Position numbers and translations under genes: made by a program. Shown piece by piece: positions 32,350 through 42,487 of a stretch of DNA of 64,000 nt. Source of the DNA: Pseudomonadota bacterium (lineage in GTDB: Bacteria > Campylobacterota > Campylobacteria > Campylobacterales > Sulfurimonadaceae). The DNA lies in NCBI GenBank assembly GCA_043797085.1, contig JAZDQA010000001.1, positions 1 through 64,000 on the forward strand, written 5' to 3'. The notes under the pieces were generated by a model. It saw only the letters and a list, made by a program, of their open reading frames with translations, did no database searches and was not told where the DNA came from. Position 1 is the first letter of the stretch. Every line of letters starts with the position of its first letter.

Positions 32350-32735
32350 GAACTTTGAGTGCTGAATGGCTTAAAGCAGCGCATGATGATTTAGCGGTAA
32401 TTGAAAAAATCATCAGTGAAGAGTCTTTATCACACATGGTTGCTTTTCATGCACAGCAATGTATTGAAAAAAGCTTGAAGGCAATGGGTGAAGAAAAACA
32501 ACTCGAAATTCCAAAAATTCATAAGTTAAAAACACTCTCAGTACGAGTTGGTATTAATTTATCACTGTTTGAGAATGCGGAAGATTATCTTCATTTGCTG
32601 GACGAGCTGTATATCGAATCGCGCTATCCAGGCGATTTTGGATTATTACCTAGCGGAAAGCCAACGCAACAAGATGCACAAGAATTTTATGATTTTGCAA
32701 AAAGTATTTACGAGATGGTAAATGATGAGCTTTGA
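32346..32735 (+). CDS. HEPN domain protein
   Basis: AFHAQQCIEKSLKA, PKIHKL, YIESRYP; ATGA overlap with MNT. Confidence 0.85.
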   Translation: MRTLSAEWLKAAHDDLAVIEKIISEESLSHMVAFHAQQCIEKSLKAMGEEKQLEIPKIHKLKTLSVRVGINLSLFENAEDYLHLLDELYIESRYPGDFGLLPSGKPTQQDAQEFYDFAKSIYEMVNDEL

Positions 32736-32745
32736 TACGATTTAA

Positions 32746-33498
32746 ATGCGCATAATCATTACAGGAGCCAGCAGTGGACTGGGTGAAGCGTTAGCGTTTC
32801 ACTATGCTAAACCACAGAATCAATTGGTCTTGATTGCACGAAGAGAAGAAAAACTTGAAGCCGTTGCTTTAAAATGTAAAGAGCTTGGGGCGGAAGTTGA
32901 AACTATTATTGCGGATGTGAGTGATTTTGATTTAATGAAGAGTATTGGAGAAAAGCTTGCAGATTATCAGATTGACCGAATCATCCTCAATGCTGGTGTT
33001 TCTGTAGGGCATTCGGGCGGGGTGACACCGTTTGAAGATTTTCATCGTCTGTTTCAAACCAATTTTTTGAGCGTTCACGCATTGCTGGAGCCGATAATTC
33101 CTAAACTAATTGCACAAAAGTCAGGTGAAGTTGTTTTTATCTCTTCGCTTGCGTCACTGCTATCCATGCCGACATCGGTTGCTTACAGTACATCTAAGCG
33201 AGCGCTTAATGCGTATGCAGAAGGATTGCGATATCAGTTGAAGCCTTACGGAGTTGATGTTATGACCATATTACCGGGATTTATTGATTCAGAGATGACT
33301 CAAAAAAATCGATTTAAGATGCCTTTTTTATTGAGTACCCAAGATGGAGTCAAGAAAATAACCGGTGCGATTGCTTCAAAAAAGCACTTTTATCCGTTTC
33401 CGTTGAGATTTTACTTAATGATTCGAATTGCATTACTACTTCCGCAGTCCTTAAGAGACAAAATTGTAAACTTCACTAATTATAAAAAGGGTAGTTAG
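32746..33498 (+). CDS. Short-chain dehydrogenase/reductase
   Basis: ITGASSGLG, NAG, YSTSK, PGFIDS. Confidence 0.9.
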   Translation: MRIIITGASSGLGEALAFHYAKPQNQLVLIARREEKLEAVALKCKELGAEVETIIADVSDFDLMKSIGEKLADYQIDRIILNAGVSVGHSGGVTPFEDFHRLFQTNFLSVHALLEPIIPKLIAQKSGEVVFISSLASLLSMPTSVAYSTSKRALNAYAEGLRYQLKPYGVDVMTILPGFIDSEMTQKNRFKMPFLLSTQDGVKKITGAIASKKHFYPFPLRFYLMIRIALLLPQSLRDKIVNFTNYKKGS

Positions 33499-33515
33499 CC
33501 CCCTAAGGAAGTTTT

Positions 33516-35591
33516 ATGGTCATCGACAGCGTTTGTACCTATTGTGGCGTGGGATGCGATATTTCCGCTGAGGTCGAAGACAACAAAATTCAGAAGATTT
33601 TTGCTAAAGAAGAGGGACTGGTTTCCCAAGGACGTCTCTGTATCAAGGGAAAGCAGGGATGGGATTTTGTAACTCATCCTAAACGTCTTCGCAATGCGCG
33701 AGTACGAAAGTCATTTTTGGCAAAAAATGCTGCATTGTTTGCCGATTTGGATATGGATTACCTTGAGCCTATCGATCATGATTTTTATGAGATCAGTTAT
33801 GAGAGTGCATACGAACTTGCGGCTCGCAAACTAAAATCAATCACCGATGAGTATGGCTCACATTCGTTTGCTTCCATCGGCGGAGCACGGACAAGTTGTG
33901 AAAGTTCCTATTTGTTTCAACACTTTACCCGTCATGTTGTGGGTTCGCCTCACGTCGATAACTGTGCTCGTGTGTGCCATTCACCGTCATTAAAAGGGAT
34001 GCGTACGACCATAGGTGAGGGTGCTGCTACTAATCCGTTTGATGATATTTACGAAACAGAATTTATGATCGTCATGGGTTCCAATACCACCGAAGGGCAT
34101 CCCATCGTTGCGAACCGAATGTTGGATGTGATCAAAGACAAAGGAATTGAACTTGCCGTGCTTGATGTGCGCAGACTGCAACTTTCAAAATCTGCCACCC
34201 ATCATCTTAGTATCCCGTATGAAGCAAATTTGATGATTCTCAACATGATGACGTTTGTCATTATTTCTGAAGATTTAGTGAATGATGATTTTATTGCATC
34301 ACGAACCAAAGGATATGAAGCGTTCAAGCAGGCCATTTTAGAGGACCCGTATGCAAATCCTGAGTATTTACTTCAAATTCCAGGGTATGAATCCCTCGTT
34401 GAAGAAATAAGAGCGGTTGCTCGTAAATACGCAACGCGCAAAAGCCTCTTTTTCTGGGGACTTGGGATTACGGAACAGTTAGACGGGTCGTATGCAGTTA
34501 TGGCGATTACGCATCTTGCATTGATAACGGGAAATATCGGTAAACGTGGAGCTGGGCTGATGCCTCTTCGTGGTCAGAATAATGTTCAAGGAACGTGTGA
34601 TGTCGGTATGCTGCCGTATTATGCTCCAGATTATCAACCGCCTAAAGAAGTGGGGATGATGACTCCTGATTTGATTAATGCCATGGTTGATGGGAAAATA
34701 AAAGCCCTTTTTAACATCGGTGAAGACATTGCCCACATTCATCCCAATCAAAACAAAATCCATTCGGCGCTTAAAAATCTTGATTTATTGATTGTCAATG
34801 AACTTTTTAACAATGAAATTACCAAGTTCGCGGATATTATTTTCGGAGTCAAAAGTGCTTATGAAAAAACAGGTGTTTATGTGAATGCAGAACGCCGGCT
34901 TCATCTCTCACAACCTTTGATTCATGTTACGATGCCCGATGACTGGGAAGTAATCGCTGAAATTTCTAAACGTTACGGTACAGATTTTGGCTTTAAAAAT
35001 TCAAAAGATGTGTGGGAGAGAGTTCGAGTGGATGCCCCTATACGTTTTGGAGGGGCGAGCTATGAGAAACTTGAAGCCAATCGTTTACGCGGATTGCAAT
35101 GGCCGGTACAAGAGGAAGATACCCCGGTGTTACATCTCCATGATTTCAGAACGAAAGACGGAATTGCTTCCTTTCGTTACAAACAGTATGAGCCTCGCGG
35201 TCAAGTGGCAGAGCTTTTACGTGCTCCAAATTATGATGGTTATTACCTCACAACGGGACGTGTATTGGTTCATTATAACAACGCCGCACAAACGAATGCG
35301 TGTGAAAAGCTTAGTCGCTCTCACAGTGAAGATACATTGCTTGTGAGTGTTGATGATGAAGAATTTTTCGAATATAAAGATTTTGTGGTGCTTAAAAGCG
35401 AATACGGGCAGAGTGCCCCTTTGCGAGTAAAAGTGAGTACAACGGTTAAAAAAGGGACACTCTTTACGACGTTCCATCACGCAAAAAGTCAGATTAACTT
35501 TTTGTTCGGAGACGAGTCGGACGAGCTGATCAAAACAGCACGATTTAAATCAATCAAAGTTGAAATTATCAAACCTGATTATCTGGACTAA
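33516..35591 (+). CDS. Molybdopterin oxidoreductase, formate dehydrogenase alpha-like (Cys ligand)
   Basis: CTYCGVGC...C 4Fe-4S motif, DNCARVCH, LRGQNNVQG, LTTGRVLVHY. Confidence 0.82.
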   Translation: MVIDSVCTYCGVGCDISAEVEDNKIQKIFAKEEGLVSQGRLCIKGKQGWDFVTHPKRLRNARVRKSFLAKNAALFADLDMDYLEPIDHDFYEISYESAYELAARKLKSITDEYGSHSFASIGGARTSCESSYLFQHFTRHVVGSPHVDNCARVCHSPSLKGMRTTIGEGAATNPFDDIYETEFMIVMGSNTTEGHPIVANRMLDVIKDKGIELAVLDVRRLQLSKSATHHLSIPYEANLMILNMMTFVIISEDLVNDDFIASRTKGYEAFKQAILEDPYANPEYLLQIPGYESLVEEIRAVARKYATRKSLFFWGLGITEQLDGSYAVMAITHLALITGNIGKRGAGLMPLRGQNNVQGTCDVGMLPYYAPDYQPPKEVGMMTPDLINAMVDGKIKALFNIGEDIAHIHPNQNKIHSALKNLDLLIVNELFNNEITKFADIIFGVKSAYEKTGVYVNAERRLHLSQPLIHVTMPDDWEVIAEISKRYGTDFGFKNSKDVWERVRVDAPIRFGGASYEKLEANRLRGLQWPVQEEDTPVLHLHDFRTKDGIASFRYKQYEPRGQVAELLRAPNYDGYYLTTGRVLVHYNNAAQTNACEKLSRSHSEDTLLVSVDDEEFFEYKDFVVLKSEYGQSAPLRVKVSTTVKKGTLFTTFHHAKSQINFLFGDESDELIKTARFKSIKVEIIKPDYLD

Positions 35592-35594
35592 TCG

Positions 35595-35927
35595 GTGCAT
35601 ACGAAAGCCAAGGGCAATTTGGCAGAGGAAAAAGGGTGTGATTATCTCAGATCACACGGATTTCGAATTATAGACCGAAATGTTTATAACAGATTTGGAG
35701 AAATCGATATTATCGCTCTTAAAGATAATGTCTTGCATTTTGTCGAAGTCAAAAGCGCTCAAAGCTACGAGCAAGCTGTCAACAATATCACCGCTTCAAA
35801 ACTCCAAAAACTAAATCGTACTATCCAAACCTACCTGCAGAAAAAAAAGTTTTCGCTTGATTATTGCATTGATGCGTTGATCGTTACGGCGGAAGAAATC
35901 GTCTGGATAGAAAATATTACACTCTGA
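35595..35927 (+). CDS. YraN family (UPF0102) endonuclease-like protein
   Basis: GEIDIIA..., LHFVEVK. Confidence 0.9.
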   Translation: MHTKAKGNLAEEKGCDYLRSHGFRIIDRNVYNRFGEIDIIALKDNVLHFVEVKSAQSYEQAVNNITASKLQKLNRTIQTYLQKKKFSLDYCIDALIVTAEEIVWIENITL

Positions 35928-36024
35928 ATGTTTTTGCTTAGAAAATATATGATAATTTTGTAATAAGACGTTTTAAAGAAAGGGGCGTTATAATTGCTCA
36001 TCATATAAAACTCAAGGAAACAAA

Positions 36025-36342
36025 ATGGGTAAATACATCGAATTAACAAACGCAAATTTTGCTGATACAACAAAAGAGGGCGTAGCTCTCGTAGATTTTT
36101 GGGCACCATGGTGTGGACCTTGTCGTATGATCGCTCCGGTTATTGAAGAATTGGCGAACGATTTTGATGGTATCGCAAAAATCTGTAAAGTAAATACAGA
36201 TGAAGAGCAAGATATTGCAGTAAAATACGGTATTCGTTCAATTCCTACAATCCTTTTCTTCAAAAATGGTGAAATGGTTGATCAAATGGTTGGTGCTGCT
36301 TCTAAACAAGCATTTACTGATAAAATCAACTCACTTCTATAA
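36025..36342 (+). CDS. trxA: Thioredoxin
   Basis: DFWAPWCGPC. Confidence 0.97.
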   Translation: MGKYIELTNANFADTTKEGVALVDFWAPWCGPCRMIAPVIEELANDFDGIAKICKVNTDEEQDIAVKYGIRSIPTILFFKNGEMVDQMVGAASKQAFTDKINSLL

Positions 36343-36516
36343 AAATTTTGACCTTTTTAGGTCAGAACCTTCCCTCTTTATTTATCTATTCATAAAAATA
36401 TGTAGTCTAAAAGTTTTCTAAAACCATTTTTCTTTTTATCAATTTGTAGCGTCCTTTAACTGCAATACAGTACCATACGTCCAATTTGAAATGAATCATA
36501 CTATGAGGTGTTAACT

Positions 36517-37464
36517 ATGTTGGATTGTGCGATTATCGGAGGGGGACCTGCGGGTTTAACGGCAGGTTTGTATGCAACACGCGGTGGATTGGATAATGTT
36601 GTTATGTTTGAAAAAGGGATGCCTGGCGGTCAAATCACCATGAGTTCCGAGATTGAAAACTATCCCGGCGCAACGGCTCATAATCTCAGTGGAATGGATT
36701 TTATGTCTCCATGGCCTGAACAGTGTCAGCGTTTTGGATTGAAGCATGAGATGTCTGAAGTAACACGTGTTTCTCGCAATGAGGATGGAACATTTACGAT
36801 CCATAAATCTGACGGTAAAACGGATACGGCTAAAAGTGTGATTGTAGGGACGGGTTCAACTCCAAAACGTGCCGGATTTATCGGTGAAGATAAATATTTT
36901 GGTCGCGGTGTCAGTACGTGTGCTACGTGCGACGGCTTTTTCTATAAAGGCAAAGAGGTTGCAGTAATCGGTGGTGGTGATACGGCTCTTGAAGAGGCGC
37001 TTTATTTGGCAAAAATTTGTTCAAAAGTTTATCTCATTCACCGTCGTGATACGTTTCGATCCGCTCCTAGTACGGTTGAACGTATTAAAAATACGGCGAA
37101 TATCGAGCTTGTCCTCAATGCTTCTCCTGAAGAAGTGCTCGGTGATGCTATGGGTGTGACGGGGATTCGTGTTGCATTTAAAGACGCTTCCACTCGTCAG
37201 ATAGATGCTCCAGGTGTATTTGTATTTATTGGAAATAATGTTAATAATCAAGTATTAATCCAAGAAGACGGCAGTTTTTTATGTGATATGAGCCCCTCAG
37301 GTGAGGTCATTGTTGATTTGAGTATGAAAACATCGGTTGCGGGATTGTACGCTGCGGGCGATATGCGCATTCAGGCCCCAAAGCAAGTTGTTAGTGCTGC
37401 TGGTGATGGTGCAGTTGCTGCTTTACAGGCAATTTCGTATGTGGATGAGCATTTTCACGCGTAA
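36517..37464 (+). CDS. trxB: Thioredoxin reductase
   Basis: GGGPAG, CATCDG, GGGDTA, AAGD. Confidence 0.95.
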   Translation: MLDCAIIGGGPAGLTAGLYATRGGLDNVVMFEKGMPGGQITMSSEIENYPGATAHNLSGMDFMSPWPEQCQRFGLKHEMSEVTRVSRNEDGTFTIHKSDGKTDTAKSVIVGTGSTPKRAGFIGEDKYFGRGVSTCATCDGFFYKGKEVAVIGGGDTALEEALYLAKICSKVYLIHRRDTFRSAPSTVERIKNTANIELVLNASPEEVLGDAMGVTGIRVAFKDASTRQIDAPGVFVFIGNNVNNQVLIQEDGSFLCDMSPSGEVIVDLSMKTSVAGLYAAGDMRIQAPKQVVSAAGDGAVAALQAISYVDEHFHA

Positions 37465-37547
37465 GCGTGAATTACGAATGCTTAGTCTTCAAAGTGGCAC
37501 TTAAACCCTAAAACGATACAATTCGTTTTTACTATTGTAAACGGGAG

Positions 37548-38327
37548 ATGACCATGATTAGAGTAGGTGTATTTGGCGCTGGTGGACGTGTTGGAAAGTT
37601 GATTATTGAAGATTTACGCCAAGAAAGTGAACTCTCTTTGGGCGCTGTCTATGTGCGTAATGAGCTTAATTTTTCGATTGATCCATCTGTTCTTGTTACC
37701 AACGATATGAATGTATTATTGAAAAGTTCTGATGTTATTATCGATTTTTCACTCCCCGAAGCAACGCAAAAACTACTGGAATGTGCAATGGAAAATCCTA
37801 AACCTCTTGTTATAGGTACTACCGGCATGGATGCTCATCAGCTTAATTTGCTAAAAAGTGCCAGTGAATTAATGCCGATTTTGTACGCAACCAATATGTC
37901 TCTTGGTGTAGCATTGTTGAATAAGCTTGTTTATGCCGCTTCGAAAACGCTCAAAGAATTTGACATCGAGATCGTAGAGCAGCATCATCGTCATAAAAAA
38001 GATGCTCCAAGCGGTACGGCATTGACACTGGCGCACTCAGCAGCGCTTGCGCGTGGTTTGGATTTGGATATGGTTCGTATCAGTGGTCGTGATGGTAATA
38101 TCGGCGAGAGAACCAAAGATGAAATCGCGGTAATGGCATTGCGCGGTGGTGATATTGTGGGACGTCATACGGTTGGTTTTTACAATGAAGGTGAGTTTGT
38201 AGAACTTCACCATACAGCAACGAGTCGTAATACATTTTCAAAAGGGTCAATCCGTGCTGCCAAATGGTTAGCCGGTCAAGAGAACGGATTGTATAATATC
38301 AGCGATTGTTTGGAATTAGGAGAATAA
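37548..38327 (+). CDS. dapB: 4-hydroxy-tetrahydrodipicolinate reductase
   Basis: [19 protein letters not shown]. Confidence 0.96.
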   Translation: MTMIRVGVFGAGGRVGKLIIEDLRQESELSLGAVYVRNELNFSIDPSVLVTNDMNVLLKSSDVIIDFSLPEATQKLLECAMENPKPLVIGTTGMDAHQLNLLKSASELMPILYATNMSLGVALLNKLVYAASKTLKEFDIEIVEQHHRHKKDAPSGTALTLAHSAALARGLDLDMVRISGRDGNIGERTKDEIAVMALRGGDIVGRHTVGFYNEGEFVELHHTATSRNTFSKGSIRAAKWLAGQENGLYNISDCLELGE

Positions 38328-38329
38328 AT

Positions 38330-39679
38330 ATGCGTAGTATGAATGAAAAATGTGCGGTTGTTGGTATCTTCGATCATCCTGAGGCTTCAAAATTAGCCTA
38401 TTTCTCGCTCCATGCTCAACAGCATCGAGGTCAAGAAGCAGCAGGAATCAGCACCAGTGATGGTGAGAAACTCTATACAATTAAAGATCGCGGATTGGTT
38501 ACGCAGGTTTTTGATAATCAAAAGTTAGCAACCCTAAAAGGTCAAATGGCAATCGGACATACACGCTATTCGACTGCCGGAGATGACTCTATTCTCGATG
38601 CACAGCCGGTATTCGCCCGCTATGATCTTGGAGAGATGGCGATTGTTCATAATGGAAATCTCACTAATGCTAAAGAAGTACGGGATGCGCTCATTAAAAA
38701 AGGGGCAATCTTCCAAACGTATATGGATACTGAAAACCTTATCCATCTGATTGCTAAAAGTGACCAGCATCATTTGACAGATCGTATCATTGATGCAGTC
38801 AAAAAGATTGAAGGGGCGTACTCCCTCGTCTTTTTGAGCCGTTCGAAGATGTTTGCAATGCGTGACCGTTTTGGATTCCGACCACTTAGCCTTGGGCGTT
38901 TGGGCGATGGTTATGTTGTAGCATCGGAGACATGCGCTTTTGATCTGATCGGGGCGGAGTACATTCGTGACGTAGAGCCGGGTGAACTTCTGATTTTCGA
39001 AAAAGGAAAAGCTCCTCAATCGATCAAAGTATTCGAGCCAACACCCAAACACTGTATTTTTGAATACGTCTATTTTGCTCGTCCTGATTCCAATGTTTAT
39101 GGACAAAATGTATACGAAATGCGTAAAGCAATGGGAAAAAAATTGGCACAAGAGCAGCCGATGATCGCTGATATGATTGTCCCTGTCCCCGATGGCGGTG
39201 TTCCTGCAGCGATTGGGTATTCTCAAGAAAGCGGTATCCCTTTCGAGATGGCAATTATGCGTAACCACTATATCGGGCGTACATTTATCGAGCCAACACA
39301 AGAGATGCGTGATTTGAAAGTCAAGATGAAACTTTCTCCGATTGAGCATCTGATCAAAGGTAAGCGTTTAATCGTCGTCGATGACTCCATCGTGCGTGGA
39401 ACAACAAGCCGTCGAATCGTCCGTATGCTCAAAGAAGCAGGAGCGCTAGAAGTTCACATGCGTATCTCAAGCCCTCCAACAACCGATCCATGTTTTTATG
39501 GCGTCGATACACCGGATAAAGATAAGCTGATTGCTGCAAACATGACCAATGCAGAGATTTGTGCGTTTATCGAAGCGGATTCGCTTGGATATTTGAGTAA
39601 TGATGGACTGTTACTGAGTGTAAACGGCAAAGAAGAAAACTATTGTACGGCGTGTTTTACCGGCAATTACATTATTTAA
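38330..39679 (+). CDS. purF: Amidophosphoribosyltransferase
   Basis: EKCAVVG, QHRGQE, VVDDSIVRGTT; ATG 38330. Confidence 0.96.
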   Translation: MRSMNEKCAVVGIFDHPEASKLAYFSLHAQQHRGQEAAGISTSDGEKLYTIKDRGLVTQVFDNQKLATLKGQMAIGHTRYSTAGDDSILDAQPVFARYDLGEMAIVHNGNLTNAKEVRDALIKKGAIFQTYMDTENLIHLIAKSDQHHLTDRIIDAVKKIEGAYSLVFLSRSKMFAMRDRFGFRPLSLGRLGDGYVVASETCAFDLIGAEYIRDVEPGELLIFEKGKAPQSIKVFEPTPKHCIFEYVYFARPDSNVYGQNVYEMRKAMGKKLAQEQPMIADMIVPVPDGGVPAAIGYSQESGIPFEMAIMRNHYIGRTFIEPTQEMRDLKVKMKLSPIEHLIKGKRLIVVDDSIVRGTTSRRIVRMLKEAGALEVHMRISSPPTTDPCFYGVDTPDKDKLIAANMTNAEICAFIEADSLGYLSNDGLLLSVNGKEENYCTACFTGNYII

Positions 39680-39688
39680 ATTATTCAA

Positions 39689-40651
39689 ATGCGCGAACAG
39701 ATTTTTACATTCGGACAGTATTTGAGTGAAAAATTTGGGTGTAAAGTCTCTAAAGTTCCTGTCTCTATTTCAGGATTTACCTGCCCCAATATCGATGGTA
39801 ACGTTGCAAAGGGTGGGTGTACTTTTTGCGAAAATGATTCCTTTAGTCCGAGCTTGGACAAAGCTAAGCCTCTAAAAGGTTTTTTTCTCAATCTCGAATC
39901 CTCGGAAAACCCCTATCTTGAAAAACAGCTCGAACAGCTCCAATGGCAGTTTGATGCACTTTCTCAAAAACTAAGGGCCCAAAATGGGACACAAAAATAT
40001 CTTGTCTATTTTCAAAGCTTTACCAATACCTATGCTCCGCTAGAAACCCTCAAAGCGCTGTATGAAAAAGCCCTCTCGTTTGAGAATGTTGTTGGTCTGA
40101 GTATCGGAACACGCTCAGACAGTATTAGCGATGAGGTATTTGAGTATTTGTGTGAGCTTTCAAAAAAAACAGAATTGTGGATTGAGTTTGGAATTCAATC
40201 GATATTTGATGAAACATTGGAAAAAATCAATCGCGGACACAATGCTCAAAGTGTAAAAGATGCAATACTAAAAGCCAAAAAATACGGATTAAATGTATGT
40301 GGACATCTTATCTTCGGACTTCCGGGAGAAGATAAAGCAATGATGTTGCAAACTGCTCAGGCGGCATACGAGCTAGGGGTAGATTCTCTAAAATATCATC
40401 CTCTTTATGTGGTAAAGCGAACGGCATTGGCGAACGAATATGGACGGGGTGAATTTACTCCTATCACTGAAGAACTTTATTTGGAAGTATTGAGTGAAGC
40501 CTTGAAAATCAAGCCAAAGACTATTAGTGTTCAACGTCTGAGTGCAGGGATTGATGATGAATCGCTTATCGCTCCGCAGTGGTGCCGAGATAAAAATGCT
40601 CAGCTAAAAGCTATAAATAACGCTCTTAAAGAGTTTGGACTAAAATACTAA
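39689..40651 (+). CDS. Radical SAM protein (TIGR01212/YhcC family)
   Basis: GFTCPNIDG...GGCTFC, YFQSFTNTY. Confidence 0.9.
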   Translation: MREQIFTFGQYLSEKFGCKVSKVPVSISGFTCPNIDGNVAKGGCTFCENDSFSPSLDKAKPLKGFFLNLESSENPYLEKQLEQLQWQFDALSQKLRAQNGTQKYLVYFQSFTNTYAPLETLKALYEKALSFENVVGLSIGTRSDSISDEVFEYLCELSKKTELWIEFGIQSIFDETLEKINRGHNAQSVKDAILKAKKYGLNVCGHLIFGLPGEDKAMMLQTAQAAYELGVDSLKYHPLYVVKRTALANEYGRGEFTPITEELYLEVLSEALKIKPKTISVQRLSAGIDDESLIAPQWCRDKNAQLKAINNALKEFGLKY

Positions 40652-40653
40652 TC

Positions 40654-41187
40654 TTACTGCCCGTACGCCCTAACATAGCTTGAATAGCCTTTAAAATAAG
40701 AGGGATGCGGCATGATAATTCGAAACTCTTTTCGCTGTCCCGGTTTTAGATCAGTTGCAACGACTTTGGTAACGATTAGATAGGAAGGCTTAGCTCTTTC
40801 ATCCCCGATAAGTTCGGCAAATGCATTCGACTGGTAAGAGGGTTTTCCTTGCAGTGAAGGGGTGTCTTTATTCACTATTTTGATTTCCACGCTCACTTCT
40901 CCAATAGTATAATCACCACTATTTCGTACTGAGCCCATAAAAAATATTTTTTCTGTGGGAAGAAAACGATGATCTTTCACATTGGATAAGGTTATTTTTT
41001 TGGTGTAATGGTCGATAACTAAAAGTACACCAAACATAAATCCGAGGATAACGAGAATATAGGTAATGATGAGGGAAGCTTTTGATGTTGATTGTGGTTT
41101 TCGAAGTGTTAAAACGATCAGAGTAATCAGCAATAAACTAAAAGCGATAACCGCACCATAGTGCCAAAAAGTAAAATAAGTATTCAT
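40654..41187 (-). CDS. DUF2393-like membrane protein
   Basis: Two N-terminal TM helices plus beta-rich domain (GSVRNSG, LKPGQRKEF). Confidence 0.65.
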   Translation of the reverse strand: MNTYFTFWHYGAVIAFSLLLITLIVLTLRKPQSTSKASLIITYILVILGFMFGVLLVIDHYTKKITLSNVKDHRFLPTEKIFFMGSVRNSGDYTIGEVSVEIKIVNKDTPSLQGKPSYQSNAFAELIGDERAKPSYLIVTKVVATDLKPGQRKEFRIIMPHPSYFKGYSSYVRAYGQ

Positions 41188-41705
41188 TATCTGCACACTC
41201 CCCATGCGGTAACGCTGAATTTTTTTGAATAGTTAAACGGTTCTATCAAGAGTTTAAATGTTTCTGTCTCATTGGGTTTAATGGATTGTGTGATGGTAAG
41301 GGTTTGACGTTGAAATGGGAGATAAGGATAAATCTTATCGTTGAGTATTTTGATAGAAGATGTTTTTGATACCCCGAAATAAATTGTGCATTCTTTGAAG
41401 CTCTGTTTGGAGGTATTGTTTATATTTCCCCTTAGGAGCAGTGCTTCGGTAAACTCAAGATCTTGAACGGTAGTGAGGCTGATTGTATGTTGGTAAACGT
41501 ATTTATGCAAAAGTAAATAGCCACCTAACGGTGCGCCCAAAAGAAGAAGAAAAGCCGTTAAAATAAGGGTAATGGCAAGGGTGAGTTTATGATGAAATAA
41601 AACTGCCAAAATAAGAAAAAGAAAAAAGAAAAAAAGGATTCCACCCAAAAGGAGGTAATCGTAAAGGGCTAAAGTATCGATAAAGTGAAGCAGTTGAGTT
41701 TTCAT
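41187..41705 (-). CDS. DUF2393-like membrane protein
   Basis: Two TM helices, GNINNTS...C, IKPNETETF, terminal CR. Confidence 0.65.
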   Translation of the reverse strand: MKTQLLHFIDTLALYDYLLLGGILFFFFLFLILAVLFHHKLTLAITLILTAFLLLLGAPLGGYLLLHKYVYQHTISLTTVQDLEFTEALLLRGNINNTSKQSFKECTIYFGVSKTSSIKILNDKIYPYLPFQRQTLTITQSIKPNETETFKLLIEPFNYSKKFSVTAWGVCR

Positions 41706-42376
41706 TTGTCCCTAGAATTTTTCTCGGCGATCCCGCTTACTCCTGATCGTCGGGCAAGCTCTTGTTTGATGCGATCGGGAGAGATATTTTTGTGCCCCAG
41801 TGCTACCAAGACATGATAGACTAAATCGGCACATTCGTAAATAATTTCATCCTCGTTATCATCTTTGATCGCAAAGGCAAATTCGCCTGCTTCTTCAACA
41901 ACTTTTTTGAGTATGGCATTGTCGCCGCTGCTAAGAAGTTTTGCTGTCCATGAGCTTTTTGGATCACTGTTTTTACGGCTTAAAATCGTGTGATAGAGTT
42001 CATCGATAATTCCATAGGTACTTACGGTATCAATTTGTGGCTCGCTGATAGTAGCTCCAGATTCGATGTCGGTAAAGAAACACGATTTTCGTCCTGTGTG
42101 ACACGCAACACCCTCTTGGCGTACCATGATGAGGAGGGTATCGTTATCACAGTCGAGCAAAAATCGTTCGATGTGCTGAAGATGCCCGCTGCTTTCCCCT
42201 TTTTTCCATAAACGCTGTTTTGAACGGGAAAAATAATGTGCCACTTTGGTTGAGAGGGAGAGTTCCAGCGATTCACGGTTCATGTACGCCATCATCAAGA
42301 CTTCTAAAGTTGTAGAGTCTTGGACGATGACGGGAAGAAGTACTGACTTTGCCCAGTCGATAGTATTTAGATCCAT
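41702..42376 (-). CDS. hisIE: Phosphoribosyl-AMP cyclohydrolase / phosphoribosyl-ATP pyrophosphatase
   Basis: WKKGESSG, DCDNDT, ACHTGRKSCF, KKVVEEA; ATG 42376. Confidence 0.96.
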   Translation of the reverse strand: MDLNTIDWAKSVLLPVIVQDSTTLEVLMMAYMNRESLELSLSTKVAHYFSRSKQRLWKKGESSGHLQHIERFLLDCDNDTLLIMVRQEGVACHTGRKSCFFTDIESGATISEPQIDTVSTYGIIDELYHTILSRKNSDPKSSWTAKLLSSGDNAILKKVVEEAGEFAFAIKDDNEDEIIYECADLVYHVLVALGHKNISPDRIKQELARRSGVSGIAEKNSRDK

Positions 42377-42404
42377 AAGAGCCCTTTTTTGAAGGTTATT
42401 TTCT

Positions 42405-42486
42405 AAAAGCGCACAAGTGCGCGTGGGCTTCACGCCGAGCGAAACTCAGCGTTAGCGTAGTCAATCGGGACGAGTTCCGATGACGT
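42405..42486 (-). repeat. Three-hairpin intergenic element, copy 1
   Basis: Homologous (inverted) to 50998-51082; shared blocks AAAAGCGC, TGCGC, TGGGCT, GCCG, CGTAG, TCGGGACG-GTTCCGAT. Confidence 0.75.
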
Positions 42487-42487
42487 A

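Noticed and set aside
33961..33985. Selenocysteine recoding in the FDH-like gene
   Set aside because: The ligand codon is TGC (Cys) and the frame has no internal TGA.
38534..39349. 271 aa minus-strand ORF
   Set aside because: Antisense shadow entirely within purF.
42436..42486. Hammerhead ribozyme reading of the repeat (GAAAC and CCGATGAC)
   Set aside because: The CUGAUGA core is imperfect and these bases are not retained in copy 2.
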